The notes below the pieces were generated by a model. The model did no database searches, had not been told where the DNA came from, and worked only from the letters and a program-made list of their open reading frames with translations. Both the position numbers and the translations under genes were made by a program. A stretch of 58,148 nt of DNA, the filler included, from Dirinaria sp. TL-2023a (Eukaryota): the NCBI GenBank assembly GCA_051941275.1. It is 3 parts of 3 records of this genome, joined end to end, with 100 filler letters (N's around TTAATTAATTAA, not from the genome) between each part and the next. Parts side by side here need not be neighbours in the genome. Positions count along the whole stretch, not along the records: positions 38,839 to 58,148 come from JAVEBF010000341.1; 2 more parts are not named here. One strand, given 5' to 3'. Position 1 is the first letter of the stretch. Each line of letters starts with the position of its first letter. Below are positions 54,731-58,148 of this stretch, one piece after another.

Positions 54731-56591
54731 TAGGTACGTGCTTGGCGTGGCTCCAACCAGTACTTGGTGAGACAGGCATGCATGCTGTATTTGCAGATTA
54801 GTAGGGCATCTTATAAAGTACTCTGTAAACTCATTATGCATCACCCAAATGGCCGCGTTCGAGAGCATTCTTCTTCTCTATTTGTATATTCTACATGTAA
54901 GATCACTACCTGACTCAATATCTCCTGATCTTCAAGCGCTGAGCCTGTCTGAGACAACGGCAGTCATGAGGCAGTGGCATAACACCACGCTAGGACAGTG
55001 ATGGTAGCATTAAACGGTTATCGATCTAGAATTATCTAAATGTGATGTCAGAGAATAAACTTGTCGTGCTGACTACTTTAGCTGTGTAGGGTCGGGACTA
55101 TTTCGAAAACCTCATTGGAACAAATTGCCAATCAGAATTTTAGATTATTTCCGTTATTACCAAACCCCATGCTTTGCCAGCCTATGGCACTTCTGCAAGA
55201 CTGATCCTTGCGGCTCAGGCAACGGGAACCTGTTCGAGACCAGAAGTACGAGTATTCAATAGAGCTTAACGTCGCCATGAACGCTCAGAGCGTACTCGTT
55301 AGAGATAGTCAAGCTCATAGTCTCATACTACTCCTAACACAGGAGCCGAGAGGTAGGGTTATAACTCTGAACTGCATGATACGTGTAGCTTCTCGTGCCC
55401 GTTGAATTCTCCCAAGGACGTTAGTTTCTCCGCTGACCTTCATTATTAACTCGATATTCTATTTTTCTCCCGTAGTCTGTCAGAGGTAGCCAATCATGGT
55501 GTCTACTAAGGGGATATACTTGAAGAGAGTTCAATCTAGATGTAGACAAAACCCTACAAGGGAGCCTTGTGGAGCGTCTTTGCAAATGGTGGAAGTACAA
55601 TACTGGAAAACTGGGCATTGGGTAAGTGCAATCATTGTTTCCCTGAGAGTAGAGCTCTAATATCAAAAATTACAGGGAATAAAACTGTTCTAGGGGTAGC
55701 ATCACCCTCGTTTCTTGGACACTATGTCTGACATGCTTTGGTACAAAGTACTTCGCCCTTTTTGCGTTTTTGAAAGCGAGGGAAGCTCGTATGTGTCTGC
55801 TTAGCTCTTGCAAGAGAATGGATTGAGGTCGAAATTGAGGGATGGCAAACTTGTCAAATAAGTTACTTATACGTGGCGATGAGCCTTGCAGCATGACTGG
55901 CCCGGTCATACCCTGATGTGGCCCTAAAGCCGGTGATTCCAGTAAAAATCTGGCGCGAAGATAACATTGTCACGATGTATTCACACAGCGCCCGTGTTGA
56001 GGGATGTTAGCGACTGCAAAGTCCCCATTTGAGTTTAATTCTTTTAGTAATATCATGTCATATCTCAACAAGCTCAATGAAAAAAGAGACACTGATAATG
56101 TAATTTGAGCAATACATCTTCTGACCCTGTGAAAGGATACAGCAACTGTAAGTGCTTTTTCGCAAACTTCGCTCACCGGCACCCCGTTACTTGGATGTCA
56201 TTGCATAGTAGCATACAGTCTGGCTTTTAGCCACGTGTGCATATCGCTCTGGAGCTCTGTAGCCGTTTAAGAGGCCAGCGCCACCATGTTTTCCAAGACG
56301 TCTTTTCGTATACTTTGGTAGGCCACGCGATTATCCCAAGGGCGCTGGAGCTATTAGTCGTATTCACTTGAGAAAAGAGATGAAAAGGCTTTCTATCCTA
56401 TGGCTAGGGTTTTATCAACCCGCATAGGAAATGATCAAACTCTAAAGAGTCGAATACCGAAAGCTGGCATAAAAGTTGCTATTTCGAACCTCGTCGAGCA
56501 TTGAGATGTCCCTAATGAGGTGCTCCACCATTTACATGATAGCTTTATTACAACCTAGGAGGGCCAGAATCTAGGCAAATCAAGGTAGATA

Positions 56592-58148
56592 CACAGGGTT
56601 TGCATTTTTTCCCAGCAGGTGTATGGACTAAGGCTGTTGTGTTTGCGCTTTAATTAACTTCCAGTTATGATTTTCTTTCCTATACTCTCGAGATTTTTTT
56701 AGTATATCCGCACCCGAAGTTAACCCGCAATTAGCGCGTTTTTTCATGCTCCCAAAACGCGTCTTCTAATCCTTTCTCTTCTATACAAAATGCCTTCTAA
56801 CCGCGGCGATATGGATATTTCTGCCGCTAAAAAGGGAGCAATTATTCTTCAAAGCGATCATTATCATGAGTCAAATCGACACATTGCCAGAGTACAGAAC
56901 GTGAATGAAAAGACCATTAGAAACGTCAAAAAGCGCGTATACGAGGAAGCTGAGAAAGAGAACATACTCTCTATTGAAGCCGCCAGTCACAAACGTTCTC
57001 GCGGTCGAAAACCTCTCAAATTGAACGTACGAGATCTTCGACGTCTGGTCAGACATGCGACGAAAAATAAAGCCAATCGACGCAAGACTTGAAGTGTTAT
57101 TGCTCAAGAATGTGGCATACAGGCCTCCCTCACAGCTATCCGTCATGCCTTCGAAGTTCAAGGCTATGAACGTTATTCATCTCGTTATAAATCGTCTCTC
57201 ACGAATGCACAGAAGCGAAAGCGCTTTGAATTCTGTATTGAGATGCTTGAAAAGAATGCGAACTTTTGAAAGAAGATCGTTTGGACCGATGAGACTTCTG
57301 TGAAGATGGAACAACGACGGGGACAGATATGAGTCACTAGAAAGAAAAACGAGGCATATCATAAGGACTGCTTGAATTCTACGTTCAAGAAGTACTCAGA
57401 TATAATGTTTTGAGGTGCTTTTTCCTCGAAAAAAAGAGGGCCAAGTCATATGTTTGTCACAGAGACTGCGGCAGAGAAGAAGACCGCTCATAAAGACTTA
57501 CAACATCTCAACGCGGACTATCATGCTGAAGCCCAATTATTGAAGAACATTTTTGATGCGGAAGAAGCCAACAAGCCCCTTTCAAAGCGAAGAAAGAGGC
57601 CTTCTAAGCCAGAAGCTCTTCCTAAAGAGAGGAGAAAGAATTTAAAAGAAGAGATTGATTGATACAGATATCTGACAGAGATGCTGCGATCTAAACTTCT
57701 TCCATTTTGTCGCGATATTATACGAGAGTATGACGAATGTTATCTGCTGAAAGATGAAGCCGCAGCACACATTGCCTGAGAAAACAGAGAAGAATATGAT
57801 ATTGAAGATTTACATCGCATCAATTGGTCTGGCAATTCGTCTGATTTAAACATGATTGAGCAGGCCTGGTTCTATATGAAGCGGAAGGTAACTGAAAAAC
57901 CCTTTATAGTTTCTACTATCCTCAGTACTAGACAGGCATGGGAGAATATATGGTCACAACTAGATATAGAGATAATAGGGAAGTGGGTTGGACGTATTAC
58001 TGACTGCCTAGAACGGTGTCGCAATGCGAAAGGCGACAACAATTTTCATAGCTAGATATTGATAATCAGGCTTCAAATTATATATATATGAATTTGGAAA
58101 GCAATTGGGCAATGCGTTGTTGAGTTATAATAATTTGAATGTAGATGG
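56592..58148 (+). mobile_element. Tc1/mariner DNA transposon (DD34E), inactivated; right end lies outside the window
   Basis: Contains a full-length transposase frame. Putative left end TA|CACAGGGTTTGCATTTTTTCCCAGC at 56590-56592 is tentative because the partner TIR is not visible. Confidence 0.85.
56790..58055 (+). pseudogene. Tc1-family transposase pseudogene, 421 codons, six in-frame TGA stops, no frameshift
   Basis: HTH-like N-terminus with RGRKP; catalytic D in WTDET (57288), D in KDEAAAH (57753) and E in SSDLNMIE (57858), with 34 residues between the second D and E. TGA at 57090, 57267, 57330, 57411, 57660 and 57777. Confidence 0.93.

Noticed and set aside
56790..58055. TGA read as Trp (mitochondrial/code 4) or selenocysteine, making the transposase intact
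   Set aside because: Parallel GG->GA and CC->TC missense changes damage conserved motifs (DGA->DEA, SPDLN->SSDLN), TGG codons are also used, and the context is nuclear. Hypermutation explains everything more simply.

Overview
Eukaryotic DNA from a filamentous ascomycete (Pezizomycotina-type genes, short GT-AG introns with CTRAC-like branch sites). The window consists of three contigs joined by artificial 100-nt spacers (N44-TTAATTAATTAA-N44 at 19320-19419 and 38739-38838). Segment 1: alpha-actinin, a large CRIB-motif protein, and a head-to-head CLA4-type PAK kinase. Segment 2: a gap-truncated hypothetical gene, a CYP51A-like sterol 14-demethylase with a probable GC-AG intron, a small GPI-anchored six-cysteine CFEM gene missing from the ORF track that lies divergent from a CFEM-less Pth11-like 7TM gene, initiator tRNA-Met, ERG26 and RIM15. 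Segment 3: a P450/P450/FMO trio with no backbone enzyme, decayed DNA, a HeLo-like-NACHT-ankyrin NLR, an orphan ORF and a Tc1 (DD34E) transposon. The transposon carries an unusual CpC-directed hypermutation signature: six TGA stops at inferred Trp codons plus Gly->Glu/Asp and Pro->Ser changes, unlike canonical CpA RIP. All exon structures were derived by eye and all family calls come from motif recognition, not database searches.
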